64,000 nt of DNA. It comes from Candidatus Latescibacterota bacterium. Lineage in GTDB: Bacteria; Latescibacterota; UBA2968; UBA8231. This document shows, piece after piece, positions 10,199 to 20,589 of this stretch. Position 1 is the stretch's first letter; each line of letters opens with the position of its first letter. The translations under genes and the position numbers were made by a program. The notes under the pieces are model-generated. The model was not told the origin of the DNA, ran no database searches, and saw only the letters and a list, made by a program, of their open reading frames with translations. The stretch lies in NCBI GenBank assembly GCA_965261395.1, contig OZ253462.1, positions 4,928,001-4,992,000 on the forward strand, in the 5' to 3' direction.

Positions 10199-12448
10199 AT
10201 GGATCTGTTCGACGCCGGACTGCGGGATCGCCAAGCGGCGGACCAACCCCTAGCCGCTCGCCTGCGGCCGCGCACTTTAGACGAATACGTCGGCCAAGAC
10301 CACATTCTCGGGCCGGGCCGCTTGCTGCGGCGCGCCATTGAGGCGGATCAACTCTCCTCGCTGATTTTCTACGGCCCGCCCGGCACGGGCAAAACCACGC
10401 TAGCCGCGGTCATCGCCCACACCACCCGCGCCCATTTTATTTCCATTAATGCCGTCTTGGCCGGGGTCGCCGACATTCGCCAAGCCGTCGATGAGGCCGG
10501 CCAATTGAGCAAGCTGCACAGCCGCAAAACCATCCTCTTCATCGACGAGGTCCACCGCTTCAACAAGGCCCAACAAGACGCGCTCCTACCCTGGGTCGAA
10601 AATGGCACCATCATCCTCATCGGCGCGACCACCGAGAATCCCTATTTCTCGGTCAACCGCCCCCTGCTTTCGCGCAGCCGGGTCTTTCAGCTACAGGGCC
10701 TTAGCTCCGCAGCTCTCGCGCGCATCGCCCAACAGGCACTCACCGACTCGCGCGGCTACGGCCATCTCTGCGTCGCCCTGCACCCCGACGCCCTCGCACA
10801 CCTGATCGACGTGGCCAACGGCGACGCCCGCGCCTTGCTCAACGCCTTGGAGCTAGCGGTCGAAACCACCGATCCAGACACCCAAGGGCAGATCGACATC
10901 GACCTCGCGGTGGCCGAGGAGTCCATCCAGCGTCGTGCCCTGCTCTACGACAAGGAGGGCGACTACCACTTCGACGCCATCAGCGCTTTTATCAAATCCA
11001 TGCGCGGCTCGGACCCAGACGCCACCCTCTACTGGCTGGCGCGGATGGTGTACGCCGGCGAAGACCCGCGCTTCCTCTTCCGCCGCATGCTCATCTTCGC
11101 CAGCGAGGACATCGGCCTCGCCGACGAGCACGCCCTCCAGGTCGTTATATCCGCGGCTGAATCCTTCGACCGCATCGGCCTGCCCGAGGGGCGCTTTCCA
11201 CTGGCCCATGCCGCCTTGTATTTGGCCACCGCGCCCAAGAGCAACTCGACTATGGCCTTCTTCGACGCGCTGGCGGCCGTGGAAAAAGAGCGCGAAGGCG
11301 AGGTGCCCACCCACCTCAAAGACGCCAGCCGCGACAGTGAGGGCTTTGGCCACGGTGCCGGCTATCTCTACCCCCACGCCTACCGCGAGCACTGGGTTGC
11401 CCAGCAGTACCTGCCCGCCGGTCTGCAGGGCCGCATCTTCTACCAGCCCTCGGACCAAGGCCGAGAAAAAGAAGCTGGCGATCGCGTCCGCCAACGTCGC
11501 GAGCTACAGCTCGCCGCCATGTTAGAAGCAGAGTCCGCCCCAGCCGAGATATTGTCCCTGTCCCCGGCTGACCAAGCGCGCGATCAATGGCTCAAGCGCG
11601 CCAGCGGCGACGTTGGCACCCAACTAGAGCGCACTCGCCAACGCCTCTTCGCCCCGCTCACGCTCGCGCACCACCACCTCATCCTCGACTTGGAGGCCGG
11701 CACGGGCCTGCTCACTTGGGAAGCCCTGCGGCGCGTGCCCGAAGGCGGCGTCTGGGCGCACACCAGCGACAAGATCGCGGCCGTGGCCCTGCACGAAACC
11801 GCCGCCCACCTAGCCGAGATCGAGCGGCCCCAAGTGCTGCAAGGCCCGTTCGCCACTCTCGCCGACCAGCTCGCCGCCTGCGCTCCCGATATTCTCTTTG
11901 ACGCCATCGTCGGGCGCAACGCCCTCGGCGCGCTAGCACAAAAGGCCGAAGTCGTCGCGGCCCTGCATCGCCACCTCGCCCCACAGGGTCGCGTCAGCTT
12001 GGTCGAGACCCTCTCGCGCCGGTCGCAACGCCTGTACCAGCTACTCGACTTGCAGCAGCTCGGCGACCTAGCCGAGCGACTCGTCGCCGCCGAAGAGGCC
12101 ATCTACGCCGTGCCCGACAACCCGCGAGTAAACTGGGATGCCGCAGATCTCGAACAGATGTTCGCGGCTGCGGGCTTTGGCGCGGTGCAGGTGCGGGTGG
12201 AAGCGGTCCAGTCGCAGCGGCACATCGAACCACGCCATCTCGGGCACTGGTTCAATCCCGGCGGCGAGAAACGGCACACGTACGCCCACCATCTGACCCA
12301 GCATCTCGACGACGGCGAACTGCAGCAGGTGCGCAAGCTCTTCGAGCGGAGCTTAGCCAACCGCTCAGTGACTTGGACGACGCCTCAGGTATTTATCATA
12401 GCGGAAGGGCAGCAAGGGATTGATGAGGGTGTAGCGCCTAAGAATTGA
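10199..12448 (+). CDS. rarA: Replication-associated recombination protein A (MgsA/RarA AAA+) with C-terminal SAM-methyltransferase-like domain
   Basis: [64 protein letters not shown]; C-terminal [11 protein letters not shown]. Confidence 0.92.
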   Translation: MDLFDAGLRDRQAADQPLAARLRPRTLDEYVGQDHILGPGRLLRRAIEADQLSSLIFYGPPGTGKTTLAAVIAHTTRAHFISINAVLAGVADIRQAVDEAGQLSKLHSRKTILFIDEVHRFNKAQQDALLPWVENGTIILIGATTENPYFSVNRPLLSRSRVFQLQGLSSAALARIAQQALTDSRGYGHLCVALHPDALAHLIDVANGDARALLNALELAVETTDPDTQGQIDIDLAVAEESIQRRALLYDKEGDYHFDAISAFIKSMRGSDPDATLYWLARMVYAGEDPRFLFRRMLIFASEDIGLADEHALQVVISAAESFDRIGLPEGRFPLAHAALYLATAPKSNSTMAFFDALAAVEKEREGEVPTHLKDASRDSEGFGHGAGYLYPHAYREHWVAQQYLPAGLQGRIFYQPSDQGREKEAGDRVRQRRELQLAAMLEAESAPAEILSLSPADQARDQWLKRASGDVGTQLERTRQRLFAPLTLAHHHLILDLEAGTGLLTWEALRRVPEGGVWAHTSDKIAAVALHETAAHLAEIERPQVLQGPFATLADQLAACAPDILFDAIVGRNALGALAQKAEVVAALHRHLAPQGRVSLVETLSRRSQRLYQLLDLQQLGDLAERLVAAEEAIYAVPDNPRVNWDAADLEQMFAAAGFGAVQVRVEAVQSQRHIEPRHLGHWFNPGGEKRHTYAHHLTQHLDDGELQQVRKLFERSLANRSVTWTTPQVFIIAEGQQGIDEGVAPKN

Positions 12449-12508
12449 TTTATGGCGTCTCACGGCTTACCTTATCCGCATTCCGCCACCTCTAACCCGC
12501 CGAATACC

Positions 12509-13723
12509 ATGATTGCCAAACGCCTAACCTGCCTGCTTCTATTGGGCCTCAGCGCCTGCAGCACCACCGAAGAGCAGGTCGTCGAACTTCTAGAACAGAT
12601 GGCTGCCAACCCGGTGGATTCGCCCGCCTATCAGCAATCCATCGACGAGTTGGCTGCCATTGGCCGTCCAGCTGCCCGCCAGCTCATCGCCCGCCTCAAC
12701 CCCGATCTGTACCTCGGCGAGAACTACCGCGAGTTCCGCGACGAACAGGAAAAGCTCCGCATCGGCTGCGCCCTAGCGTTGGGCCACATCAAGCCGCGCG
12801 GGGCCACGGCCGCGCTCAAGGATCGGATCACCATCGCTTACACCGACCGCGAGCGCATCGCCTGCCTGTGGGCCATGGGCCAAGTCGGCTACGTCCAAGA
12901 GGGCGTGGATGCGGCCAAAGTCCAGCTCGACGATCCCGATCCCATCATCCGCATTCACGCGGCCATTGCCCTGCTCAAGATGGACGACGAGCTCGGCACC
13001 AGCGAAATCGAAGCGGCCCTAGCTAGCAGCGACCCGAAGTTGGCCCAAACCGCCCTGCAAGGGCTAGAGGAATCCGGCTACTTCGGCGTCCCGCTGCTCG
13101 TGGAACTGAGCGACCGCGCCGGTCCTCACCAAGCCGCGCTGCGCTCGGTGATAGCCAAGGTCAAAGACCAGCTCATCGCCCAGCTAGAGGCTGAAGAGCC
13201 AGTCCACCGCCAGCGCGCCGCGCAAGCCCTCGGCTACATCGGTGACGAGAGTGCGGCCGCCGCCCTAGCCGATCTGCTGGCGGACCCGAGCAATCAAGTG
13301 CGCTTCAGCACGGCCGCCGCCCTAGCCACCATGGGACGCAGTGAAGGCATTGAGTTCCTCTTTGAGGCCCTGCGCAACACTGACTCCATCCTCCGCGCCA
13401 ATGCCGTCAAGTTCCTCATCAACGTTCAGCGGCAATCCGGCGCGGTCGAATCGCAACTTATCGCTGCTCTCAACGCCGAGGATCCGCTCGCCCGCGCGGG
13501 CGCGGCCCAAGTCTTGGGCCAAGCGCGCGTGCAGTCTGCCCTCAGCGCCCTGCTAGCCGCCACCATGGACGAGGTCGCCGATGTGCGTGCCAATGCGGCC
13601 ATTGCCCTCGGCCAAATCGGCGGTTCCCAAAGTCGTGCCCAGCTCGAAAAATTGCGCCACGACAGCGACGCCACCGTCTCCTACTACGCCGAGTGGGCCT
13701 TAGGTCAGCTCGGATCGAGTTGA
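12509..13723 (+). CDS. HEAT/PBS-lyase repeat lipoprotein
   Basis: Lipobox LSAC after a hydrophobic signal; repeats such as RQRAAQALGYIG, VRFSTAAALA, VRANAAIALGQIG. Confidence 0.85.
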   Translation: MIAKRLTCLLLLGLSACSTTEEQVVELLEQMAANPVDSPAYQQSIDELAAIGRPAARQLIARLNPDLYLGENYREFRDEQEKLRIGCALALGHIKPRGATAALKDRITIAYTDRERIACLWAMGQVGYVQEGVDAAKVQLDDPDPIIRIHAAIALLKMDDELGTSEIEAALASSDPKLAQTALQGLEESGYFGVPLLVELSDRAGPHQAALRSVIAKVKDQLIAQLEAEEPVHRQRAAQALGYIGDESAAAALADLLADPSNQVRFSTAAALATMGRSEGIEFLFEALRNTDSILRANAVKFLINVQRQSGAVESQLIAALNAEDPLARAGAAQVLGQARVQSALSALLAATMDEVADVRANAAIALGQIGGSQSRAQLEKLRHDSDATVSYYAEWALGQLGSS

Positions 13724-13743
13724 CCCTAACCCCCTCTCGCGCT

Positions 13744-14652
13744 ATGCAAAATGTCATTTGCCTGTTGTTCATCCTCTTGGCCCTGCCGCCGTTTGTCGCT
13801 CCTAGCCGCGCCGGCGAAACGCCCGAGACTATCCTCATCCGCCGAGCCCTCGCCAGCGACATCGCCGGGCATCGGCGAGCCGATACCGAGCTGGCCCTCA
13901 AGGCGTACCACCCGCACTTCGTCGCCTATCAGGGCCACGCCAACGGCGACCCTCGCGCTTGGACGGTCCTGCACGAAAACCGCGATGCATTCGCCGACCA
14001 GCTAGCTGCGGATCTCAGCGCCCAGCGCTACGAGGTTGCGCGCACGGTTCCCTTTATCGCGGTGCGCGCAACCCACGCCATTGCCACCAGTGTGGACTCC
14101 GGGCGCGTCGTCGATCGCCAGACTAGCGAGGCCGAGCTGGTTGTCGTCCACCGCTTCTGGACTTTTCTCAAGGAAGAAGATGACTGGCTGGCCACGGCCA
14201 TGGTCGCGGATTTGGGCGACACGCTCTTGCCCGCGGCCGGCGCGACCGCCAACGACGAGATCGCCGAGCTGTTGCAGAGCGAAAGCCAAGCGTGGGAAGC
14301 AGGTAGCGGTATCCCCGGCTTCTTCGACGCAGACTTTACGGGCTACGACGCCTTGGGTGCTTTCAAGCCGGCCTCCTATAAAATCGCCTTCAGCGGCAGC
14401 GAGGAACTGGAAAAGTGGCTCGATAAGCGGCTGCCCTACGTGCAGTACGACCTCGACCGCAAAGTCCTCCACACGGCCATAGGCCCTGCCGGCGACGAAG
14501 CATTGGCCGTCACGCGCGAAAAAGTGGCCGTCGAACACGTCAAAGGGCCAGCCAAACACCACCAAGAACGCTACGTGTTCTGGACGCTGAGCCGCCGCTC
14601 CGGCTCTTGGAAGATCACCAACATGGTCTTCAACTTGGGGCTTTCCGACTAG
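13744..14652 (+). CDS. Secreted protein with two NTF2/SnoaL-like domains
   Basis: Signal peptide; two similar halves ending in ...WTFLKEEDDWLATAMV and ...WTLSRRSGSWKITNMV, typical NTF2-like terminal strands. Confidence 0.6.
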   Translation: MQNVICLLFILLALPPFVAPSRAGETPETILIRRALASDIAGHRRADTELALKAYHPHFVAYQGHANGDPRAWTVLHENRDAFADQLAADLSAQRYEVARTVPFIAVRATHAIATSVDSGRVVDRQTSEAELVVVHRFWTFLKEEDDWLATAMVADLGDTLLPAAGATANDEIAELLQSESQAWEAGSGIPGFFDADFTGYDALGAFKPASYKIAFSGSEELEKWLDKRLPYVQYDLDRKVLHTAIGPAGDEALAVTREKVAVEHVKGPAKHHQERYVFWTLSRRSGSWKITNMVFNLGLSD

Positions 14653-14675
14653 CGTAGCGCGCGAGCGCAATTCTG

Positions 14676-16550
14676 ATGGAAAAACTGGTCTGGCTCCTGC
14701 TCTTTACCATCGGGTACTGGTCTTACTGCATCTTCTGGGGCATCAAAGGCGCTCGCCGGGCTAAGACGGCTTCGGATTACTTTATCGCCGGCCGCGGTAT
14801 CGGCCTATGGGTCTTTGTGCTGGCCGCCACCGCTACCTCCTTTAGCGGCTGGACCTTTGTCGGCCACCCCGGCACCATCTACAATGTCGGCTTGCCCTAC
14901 GCCTTTGCCTCCTTCTACGCCATCACCATCCCCTTTACCGGAGTGTTGTTCCTCAAGCGACAGTGGCTTTTGGGCCGGCGCTTCGGCTACATCACCCCGG
15001 GCGAGATGTTCAGTGACTACTATCGCACAGATGCGATGCGCTTCCTCACCGTTATCGTCGCCTTGGTCTTCAGCGTGCCCTATCTCGGCCTCCAGCTCAA
15101 GGCATCGGGCCTACTTTTCAACCGCCTGACGACCGGCACTCCGCTGGAGGGCAGCTTCATCGGCTCGGTCGAGGGTGGGGCGATTGTGCTCTCGGTCATC
15201 GTCTTTATCTACGTGGCATCCGGCGGGTTGCGCTCGGTCGCCTACGTGGACTGCGCCCAGTGCATTCTCCTCGCTTTCGGCATCGTCGTCCTCGGCTTTA
15301 TTGCCCTCGACTTAGTCGGCGGCTGGACGGCCTTTAAGGGAGGGTTGGCCACCCTCGCCCAGCAAAAACCCGATATGGTCGCCATTCCGACCCGACCGGA
15401 GTCAGACTCCTTCCTCGAACGGGTCGGCACCATGTTTTTCGATACCCAAGGCGGCCCTTGGACCGGCCTGATGATCCTGACCTATATGTTCGCCTTAATG
15501 GGCATCCAATCGTCACCGGCCTTTTCGATGTGGGCCTTTGCCAATCGCGATCCTCGGCCTTTTCCCTGGCAACAGGTTTTCGCCTCTTCACTGATCATCG
15601 GCGGCATCCTGTTCTTTTTTACCGCTTTCCAAGGCTTAGGCGTCCGGCTCCTCGATATGGAACTGGTCCCGGGGACTAAACCCCTCGGCCTGCCGGCATC
15701 CGATCACTTGGTTCCCTACCTGATCGACACCTTAGCCGACAGCTTCCCCTTCCTCTTGGGGCTTTTGGCCGTTTGCGCGCTAGCCGCGATGCAATCAACC
15801 GGCGCCGCCTATATGTCCACCGCCAGCGGCATTATCACCCGTGATCTCTACCGCCATTTCTTCAACAAAGAGGCATCGCATTCGGCTCAGGTCTTTGTCG
15901 GCCGCTTGAGCGTGGCCATCGTCGTCAGCCTAGCCCTGCTAGTCGGCCTAGCCTCCGGCGACCTGCTCGTCTTGCTGGGGGGGTTGGCCGTTTCGTATGG
16001 CTTCCAGATGTGGCCGGCGCTGCTGGGTATCTGCTATATCCGCTTCTTCACCCCCAAGGGCATTGTCGCCGGTCTCATCGCCGGCCTCATCGCCGTTACC
16101 TTCACCTATATAACTGAGTTGGGCGGGCTTATCGGCATTGGCCGCTATCCGCTCACACTCCACAGCGCCGGTTGGGGCATCCTCTTTAATATGGGTATTG
16201 TCGTTGTTGTCAGTTTTTTCACCCAGCCCAAAGAAACCAGCCATCTGACCCACCGCGATCGCTACCACCACTTCCTCAAAGAGTACACTGCCCTGCCCGA
16301 GGCCAAAAAGAAATGGAAAACGCCGGTCTGGATTCTGACGGTAGTTTGGTTCCTCTGTGCCATCGGCCCCTTTGCGGTCCTCGGCAATCAGACCGATCCC
16401 GCCCATTGGCCCTTGGGCATCCCCTCGCTGTGGGTATGGCAAATCGCTTGGTGGATCATCGGCTGTTTTATGATGTATTTGCTGGCCTTTAAGCTGGAAA
16501 TGTCCACCGTCCCCACCCGCGAGGTCGAATCTCCGCCGCAAGAAGTCTAA
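14676..16550 (+). CDS. Sodium:solute symporter family protein
   Basis: DYFIAGR, ATSFSGWTFVGHPG, GGLRSVAYVD, LAAMQST; many TM segments. Confidence 0.92.
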   Translation: MEKLVWLLLFTIGYWSYCIFWGIKGARRAKTASDYFIAGRGIGLWVFVLAATATSFSGWTFVGHPGTIYNVGLPYAFASFYAITIPFTGVLFLKRQWLLGRRFGYITPGEMFSDYYRTDAMRFLTVIVALVFSVPYLGLQLKASGLLFNRLTTGTPLEGSFIGSVEGGAIVLSVIVFIYVASGGLRSVAYVDCAQCILLAFGIVVLGFIALDLVGGWTAFKGGLATLAQQKPDMVAIPTRPESDSFLERVGTMFFDTQGGPWTGLMILTYMFALMGIQSSPAFSMWAFANRDPRPFPWQQVFASSLIIGGILFFFTAFQGLGVRLLDMELVPGTKPLGLPASDHLVPYLIDTLADSFPFLLGLLAVCALAAMQSTGAAYMSTASGIITRDLYRHFFNKEASHSAQVFVGRLSVAIVVSLALLVGLASGDLLVLLGGLAVSYGFQMWPALLGICYIRFFTPKGIVAGLIAGLIAVTFTYITELGGLIGIGRYPLTLHSAGWGILFNMGIVVVVSFFTQPKETSHLTHRDRYHHFLKEYTALPEAKKKWKTPVWILTVVWFLCAIGPFAVLGNQTDPAHWPLGIPSLWVWQIAWWIIGCFMMYLLAFKLEMSTVPTREVESPPQEV

Positions 16551-16551
16551 G

Positions 16552-18246
16552 GTGCGCTCCGCTTTTCCCTTTCTCCGCCTGCTGCTAGCGCTCGGCGCAG
16601 CTCTGCTCGGCGCACTGCTCCTGCCTGATCAAGGCGCAACGAGCGGACTGAGCCTCTTTCCGCCCGCCACGGCCATCCTCGTCGCCGTCGCCACCGGCCG
16701 CCTGATCTTGGGACTAGGGTTGGCAATCGTCGGCGGGGCGTTCATTTCTCTGCCGGCAGACGTCCCACTCTACGCGATCCCGTTCCGCGGCTTAGAGCGT
16801 GCCCTCATAGATTTTGTCTGGGCCCCGCTACGCGACTCCTTCCAGCTCTTCATCCTCGGCTTCATCGCCTCACTCATCGGCATGGTGCGCGTCATCTCGC
16901 TGGCCGGCGGCACTCGTGGCATCGCCGACCTGTTAGTCGCCCGAGCCGCGGGTGCGCGCTCGGCCCGGTTGGCCACCGCGCTGTTGGGGCTGGCAGTCTT
17001 TTTCGACGATTACGCCAACACGCTCGTCGTCGGCACCACCATGCGCCCTATCGCCGATCGCTTCCGCATCTCGCGCGAAAAGCTGGCCTTTCTCGTCGAT
17101 TCCACCGCCGCTCCTGTGGCTGGCATCGCCCTCGTCAGTACCTGGATCGGCTTTGAGGTGGGGCTCTTCGACAGCGCGATGGAGCAAGTCGGCGCTGGTA
17201 TTTCCGGCTACGAGTTGTTCTTCCGCGCCCTGCCGGCCCGCTTCTACTGCCTGCTAACCCTAGCCTTCGTGCTGTGTTCCACCGTCGCCGGCCGCGATTT
17301 TGGCCCCATGCTCAAAGCCGAGCAACGCGCCCAGCGAACGGGCCAAGTCCTCGCGCCAGGCCACCGCCCGATGACCGGCGACGCCTCCCAACTCCCCGAG
17401 CACCCCGGCCTCCGCGCCCATTGGGCCGTGGCCGTAGGTCCCGTCTTCCTCGTGGTCGCGGGCGTACTCGGGGGGATGCATCTAGACGCCAGCCAAGCAC
17501 CGGCCGTGGTGGCCGCCCGCGCCGAACACGGCTTTTTCGGACGGCTCTACTGGACCCAGGTTTTCGCCAACGCCGACGGAGCCAAAGTGATGTTCCTATC
17601 GGCCTTAGCCGGCTCGGCTCTCGCGGCAGTCTTGGCCCTAACCCGCCGCGAGGAAGCAAGCCCTAGACGCCCGCTCGGCCTAGTGGAGGTCTGCAAAACC
17701 TGGGCGAGCGGCATTACGGGCTTTTCCTATGCTCTAGTGATATTGATCTTGGCTTGGGCGATCAAAGAGACCTGCGAGGCCGTCGAGACTTCGGCCTATA
17801 TCGTCGGGGCGCTCTCCGGCTTTCTCGACCCACACTTCCTCCCCCTCCTCGTCTTCCTACTTGCCGCGGTGGTCGCCTTCTCCATCGGCACCTCGTGGAC
17901 GACCATGGCCGTACTCTTGCCGACCATAATCCCAGTAGCCTACGACTTGGGCGGCATAGAGCTGACGGTCCTCGTCGCCGCCGCCGTGTTGGACGGCGCG
18001 ATCTTCGGCGACCATTGCTCCCCCATCAGCGACACCACCGTCCTCTCCAGCATTGCTGCCGCCTGCGACCACTTAGCCCACGTCCGCACCCAGATACCCT
18101 ACGCCCTGACGACAATGACGATCGCCGGGCTTTGCGGCTACTTGGGCAGCACCTTGCTGTGGTCTCCGACCACCGGCCTGGCCGTGGGGCTATGCCTGAT
18201 TGTCGCAGTGATCTTTGTAGTGGGAAGAAAAACAGACGCCGATTGA
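16552..18246 (+). CDS. Na+/H+ antiporter NhaC-family protein
   Basis: FFDDYAN, ISREKLAFLVDSTAAP, GTSW, GAIFGDHCSPISDTTVLSS, HVRTQIPYA. Confidence 0.9.
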   Translation: MRSAFPFLRLLLALGAALLGALLLPDQGATSGLSLFPPATAILVAVATGRLILGLGLAIVGGAFISLPADVPLYAIPFRGLERALIDFVWAPLRDSFQLFILGFIASLIGMVRVISLAGGTRGIADLLVARAAGARSARLATALLGLAVFFDDYANTLVVGTTMRPIADRFRISREKLAFLVDSTAAPVAGIALVSTWIGFEVGLFDSAMEQVGAGISGYELFFRALPARFYCLLTLAFVLCSTVAGRDFGPMLKAEQRAQRTGQVLAPGHRPMTGDASQLPEHPGLRAHWAVAVGPVFLVVAGVLGGMHLDASQAPAVVAARAEHGFFGRLYWTQVFANADGAKVMFLSALAGSALAAVLALTRREEASPRRPLGLVEVCKTWASGITGFSYALVILILAWAIKETCEAVETSAYIVGALSGFLDPHFLPLLVFLLAAVVAFSIGTSWTTMAVLLPTIIPVAYDLGGIELTVLVAAAVLDGAIFGDHCSPISDTTVLSSIAAACDHLAHVRTQIPYALTTMTIAGLCGYLGSTLLWSPTTGLAVGLCLIVAVIFVVGRKTDAD

Positions 18247-18278
18247 CTTTGTCGTGAGATTTGCCGCTAAGGGACTGA

Positions 18279-18779
18279 CTACCACCCCGCCGTCGTCCGA
18301 TCTACCAATTCCTCTAACACCATGTCCAACGCCCGCTCCACTGCCGGATCCCGCCCATCCTCCTCGGCCAACGCTGCATCATACGTCCCCCAACCCTCTA
18401 GCTCGGCCAACGTCAACAACACCTCCCCATCCTCTACCCTCACCAGTTCGGCCGCTACCAAGACCGCAAACCGGTACTGCTCGGTCTGCTCGGCCGTCGT
18501 ATAAGTAAAGGGGCGGTCCTCAATCGAGATCACATTGAGTTGCAAGAGGGCATCGGCGCTCTCTTCGTCAACCACTCGCAACTGGCCGTCCTCGGCGTAG
18601 GCATCAATGGCGCGTTCAGTTAGACTCTCGGCCACGGCAAACTCCGAGGTTTGGTTGTCGGCCACGGGTATGCCAATGCTGCGGATGCCGCCTAGTAGGC
18701 CGCCGGAAGTCGAGTAATAAGCGCATCCTCCGATGCAGAGCGCGGCCAGCGCGGCTCTAATCGGCTGGCTTATTCGCAT
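18279..18779 (-). CDS. lptE: LPS-assembly lipoprotein LptE-like
   Basis: Lipobox (LCIGGC) then AYYSTSG..GIRSIGIP..DNQT.EF...LT, as in FCB-type LptE. The last in-frame ATG of the repeat array is taken as the start. Confidence 0.7.
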   Translation of the reverse strand: MRISQPIRAALAALCIGGCAYYSTSGGLLGGIRSIGIPVADNQTSEFAVAESLTERAIDAYAEDGQLRVVDEESADALLQLNVISIEDRPFTYTTAEQTEQYRFAVLVAAELVRVEDGEVLLTLAELEGWGTYDAALAEEDGRDPAVERALDMVLEELVDRTTAGW

Positions 18780-19350
18780 CGTCCTCGGCTGGCTTATTCG
18801 CATCGTCCTCGGCTGGCTTATTCGCATCGTCCTCGGCTGGCTTGCCCGCATCGTCCTCGGCTGGCTTGCTCGCATCGTCCTCGGCTGGCTTGCTCGCATC
18901 GTCCTCGGCTGGCTTGCTCGCATCGTCCTCGACCGCCGCCAGCGACCGCGCTCCGTCGCCCACGGCAATGGGCTGGTTCTGGGGTCGTCCCCGGACATCG
19001 GTCCCCCGCACCTCCAACCGCTGCCACTGCTCTTGGCCCGAGGCGCGGGCCACCGAGTGCTCGACCATCATCGTGCTCAATGGCCGGGTATCGCCTACCA
19101 CCGGCACCTCGCCTACGACGGGCGAGCGCACTGTACACAGGCGTGCCTGCACGTGGGTGGCGAGCACTCGCGCCTTGACCACTTCCCAGCGGCCCAGCGA
19201 CTCCCCGCTGTCTGGGTCCTCGATCTCCCCGTGCAAGGCGAAAATGGCAAAGGCCATCCCCTCGTGGACACCCTGCTCTCTACCGACGTTGAGCACCAGA
19301 GTTGTGTCGTCGATAACGGCGGCTACCTTGCCTTCAATAGGTGTGCTCAT
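18757..19350 (-). CDS. Hypothetical protein (FlgT C-terminal-like beta domain) with acidic repeat tail
   Basis: GKVAAV...LVLNVG.EQGV.EG..F.I....EIEDPDSGE.LG pattern; SD AGGAG before the ATG; C-terminal (DDASKPAE)n. Confidence 0.7.
   Translation of the reverse strand: MSTPIEGKVAAVIDDTTLVLNVGREQGVHEGMAFAIFALHGEIEDPDSGESLGRWEVVKARVLATHVQARLCTVRSPVVGEVPVVGDTRPLSTMMVEHSVARASGQEQWQRLEVRGTDVRGRPQNQPIAVGDGARSLAAVEDDASKPAEDDASKPAEDDASKPAEDDAGKPAEDDANKPAEDDANKPAEDDANKPAD
18761..18928 (-). repeat. 7 x 24-bp tandem repeat spanning the overlap of two genes
   Basis: Unit tcggctggct(ta/tg)(tt/cc/ct)cgcatcgtcc counted seven times; no spacers. Confidence 0.95.
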
Positions 19351-19364
19351 GCGGCTGTACTCCT

Positions 19365-19402
19365 AAAAAAAACCGGCCCGCGCTCGCTAGCTGCGGACCG
19401 GT
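19365..19402 (-). terminator. Probable intrinsic terminator downstream of the M23 gene
   Basis: Imperfect GC stem ACCGGCCCGC...GCGGACCGGT next to a poly-A run (U-tract on the minus strand). Confidence 0.5.
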
Positions 19403-19461
19403 CTCGATATGCTTGGTAGAAGTTGGCTCCGACCGTGCGGTCGGCGAGTGAAGCGTTTGAT

Positions 19462-20469
19462 TCACTCGCCTGAGGCCCACATATCGCCCTCACTGATGTC
19501 GAAGATAAAGTCTTCTGGATTCTGGTATCCTCGGTGTTTGCCCAACTGGTGGTCCCGCAAGCGCACTGCATAGTGCAAGTGGGGGCCGGTAGAGCGGCCC
19601 GTGCTACCCATGACCCCGATCTGCTGCCCACGCGCCACCTGCTGCCCCTGCTTAACCAAGATTTTGTCCAAGTGGCCGTATTCGGTCTGATAGCCGCCCT
19701 GGCGTGCATAGGGCTGGCCCTGCTCGTCGAGCTCCTTTTTTCGATGATCAATAATAACCGTATCGCCGAGGTATTTATCCTTCGCGGCGTAGCTTACAAA
19801 GCCATCGGCCGTCGCGTAGATGGGCAGCCCCCTACGGCCGGCCAAATCGACGCCGCTGTGGAAGGCCCGGCGCCCAGTAAATGGGTCAATGCGCCATCCA
19901 AAGGACGACGACCGCCAAGTCCTCCCCCCGTGAACTGGTGAAAGTGTGGGCAAGTATTGGACGTTGGTCTCTTCGAATTTGCGCTCGATTTCCTCAAAGC
20001 TCTCGGCCTGTAGATTGACCATCCGCTTCAGGTGGTCGAGGCGCACGCTCAACTCGCGCATCATCATCTGCTTTTGGGACGGCAAGGACGTGAACTCCTC
20101 GGACAAATCTTCCACACCCCCAACACCACCCAATTCCCCATCCACAGCGAGCGGCTCCATTTCGTGGTGGGCGCGCAGCCTATCTTCAGTGGCCTTGAGC
20201 TGATCCATGGCCTCCCCGAGCTGCTGCACATCCTCGTGGGTCTGCTCTAAGCGGTGTATCAAGGTTTTGTTTTCGTCCCGCAAGGCCAGCAGCACTTTCT
20301 GATCACCCGGCCGATGATAACCCTGTGCGTAGGCGTAATAACCGAATACTCCCACAAAACCCAATCCTCCCAGCAGAATCAGCCATAAGACGCTGGGAAA
20401 GAAACCGTACTCGCGAATCTGACCATCTCGGGGGGAGATGACGATAAAAGTACAGCGCTTGCCCAGCAT
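19462..20469 (-). CDS. M23-family metallopeptidase (membrane anchor + coiled coil + LytM domain)
   Basis: SSFGWRIDPFTG, HSGVD (HxxxD), YGHL, GSTGRSTGPHLHY (HxH). Confidence 0.92.
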   Translation of the reverse strand: MLGKRCTFIVISPRDGQIREYGFFPSVLWLILLGGLGFVGVFGYYAYAQGYHRPGDQKVLLALRDENKTLIHRLEQTHEDVQQLGEAMDQLKATEDRLRAHHEMEPLAVDGELGGVGGVEDLSEEFTSLPSQKQMMMRELSVRLDHLKRMVNLQAESFEEIERKFEETNVQYLPTLSPVHGGRTWRSSSFGWRIDPFTGRRAFHSGVDLAGRRGLPIYATADGFVSYAAKDKYLGDTVIIDHRKKELDEQGQPYARQGGYQTEYGHLDKILVKQGQQVARGQQIGVMGSTGRSTGPHLHYAVRLRDHQLGKHRGYQNPEDFIFDISEGDMWASGE

Positions 20470-20589
20470 ATTAGCTATTATTCCTCATAGTTTACAGCAC
20501 CCTTTGCGACGTAGGTATTGGATATTGCTTGAGTTAAACTTCGTTAAGTTATAGACGTGGCGGCGAAAAGTCAATCGCCAAATTCCTCT

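Noticed and set aside
18761-18928. 24-bp repeat array as a CRISPR
   Set aside because: Units are directly adjacent with no unique spacers, lie in coding sequence, and no cas genes are present.
18780-18998. N-terminal extension of the 239-aa lptE ORF
   Set aside because: Arises from the repeat and overlaps the upstream gene; the lipoprotein signal begins at the last ATG (18779).
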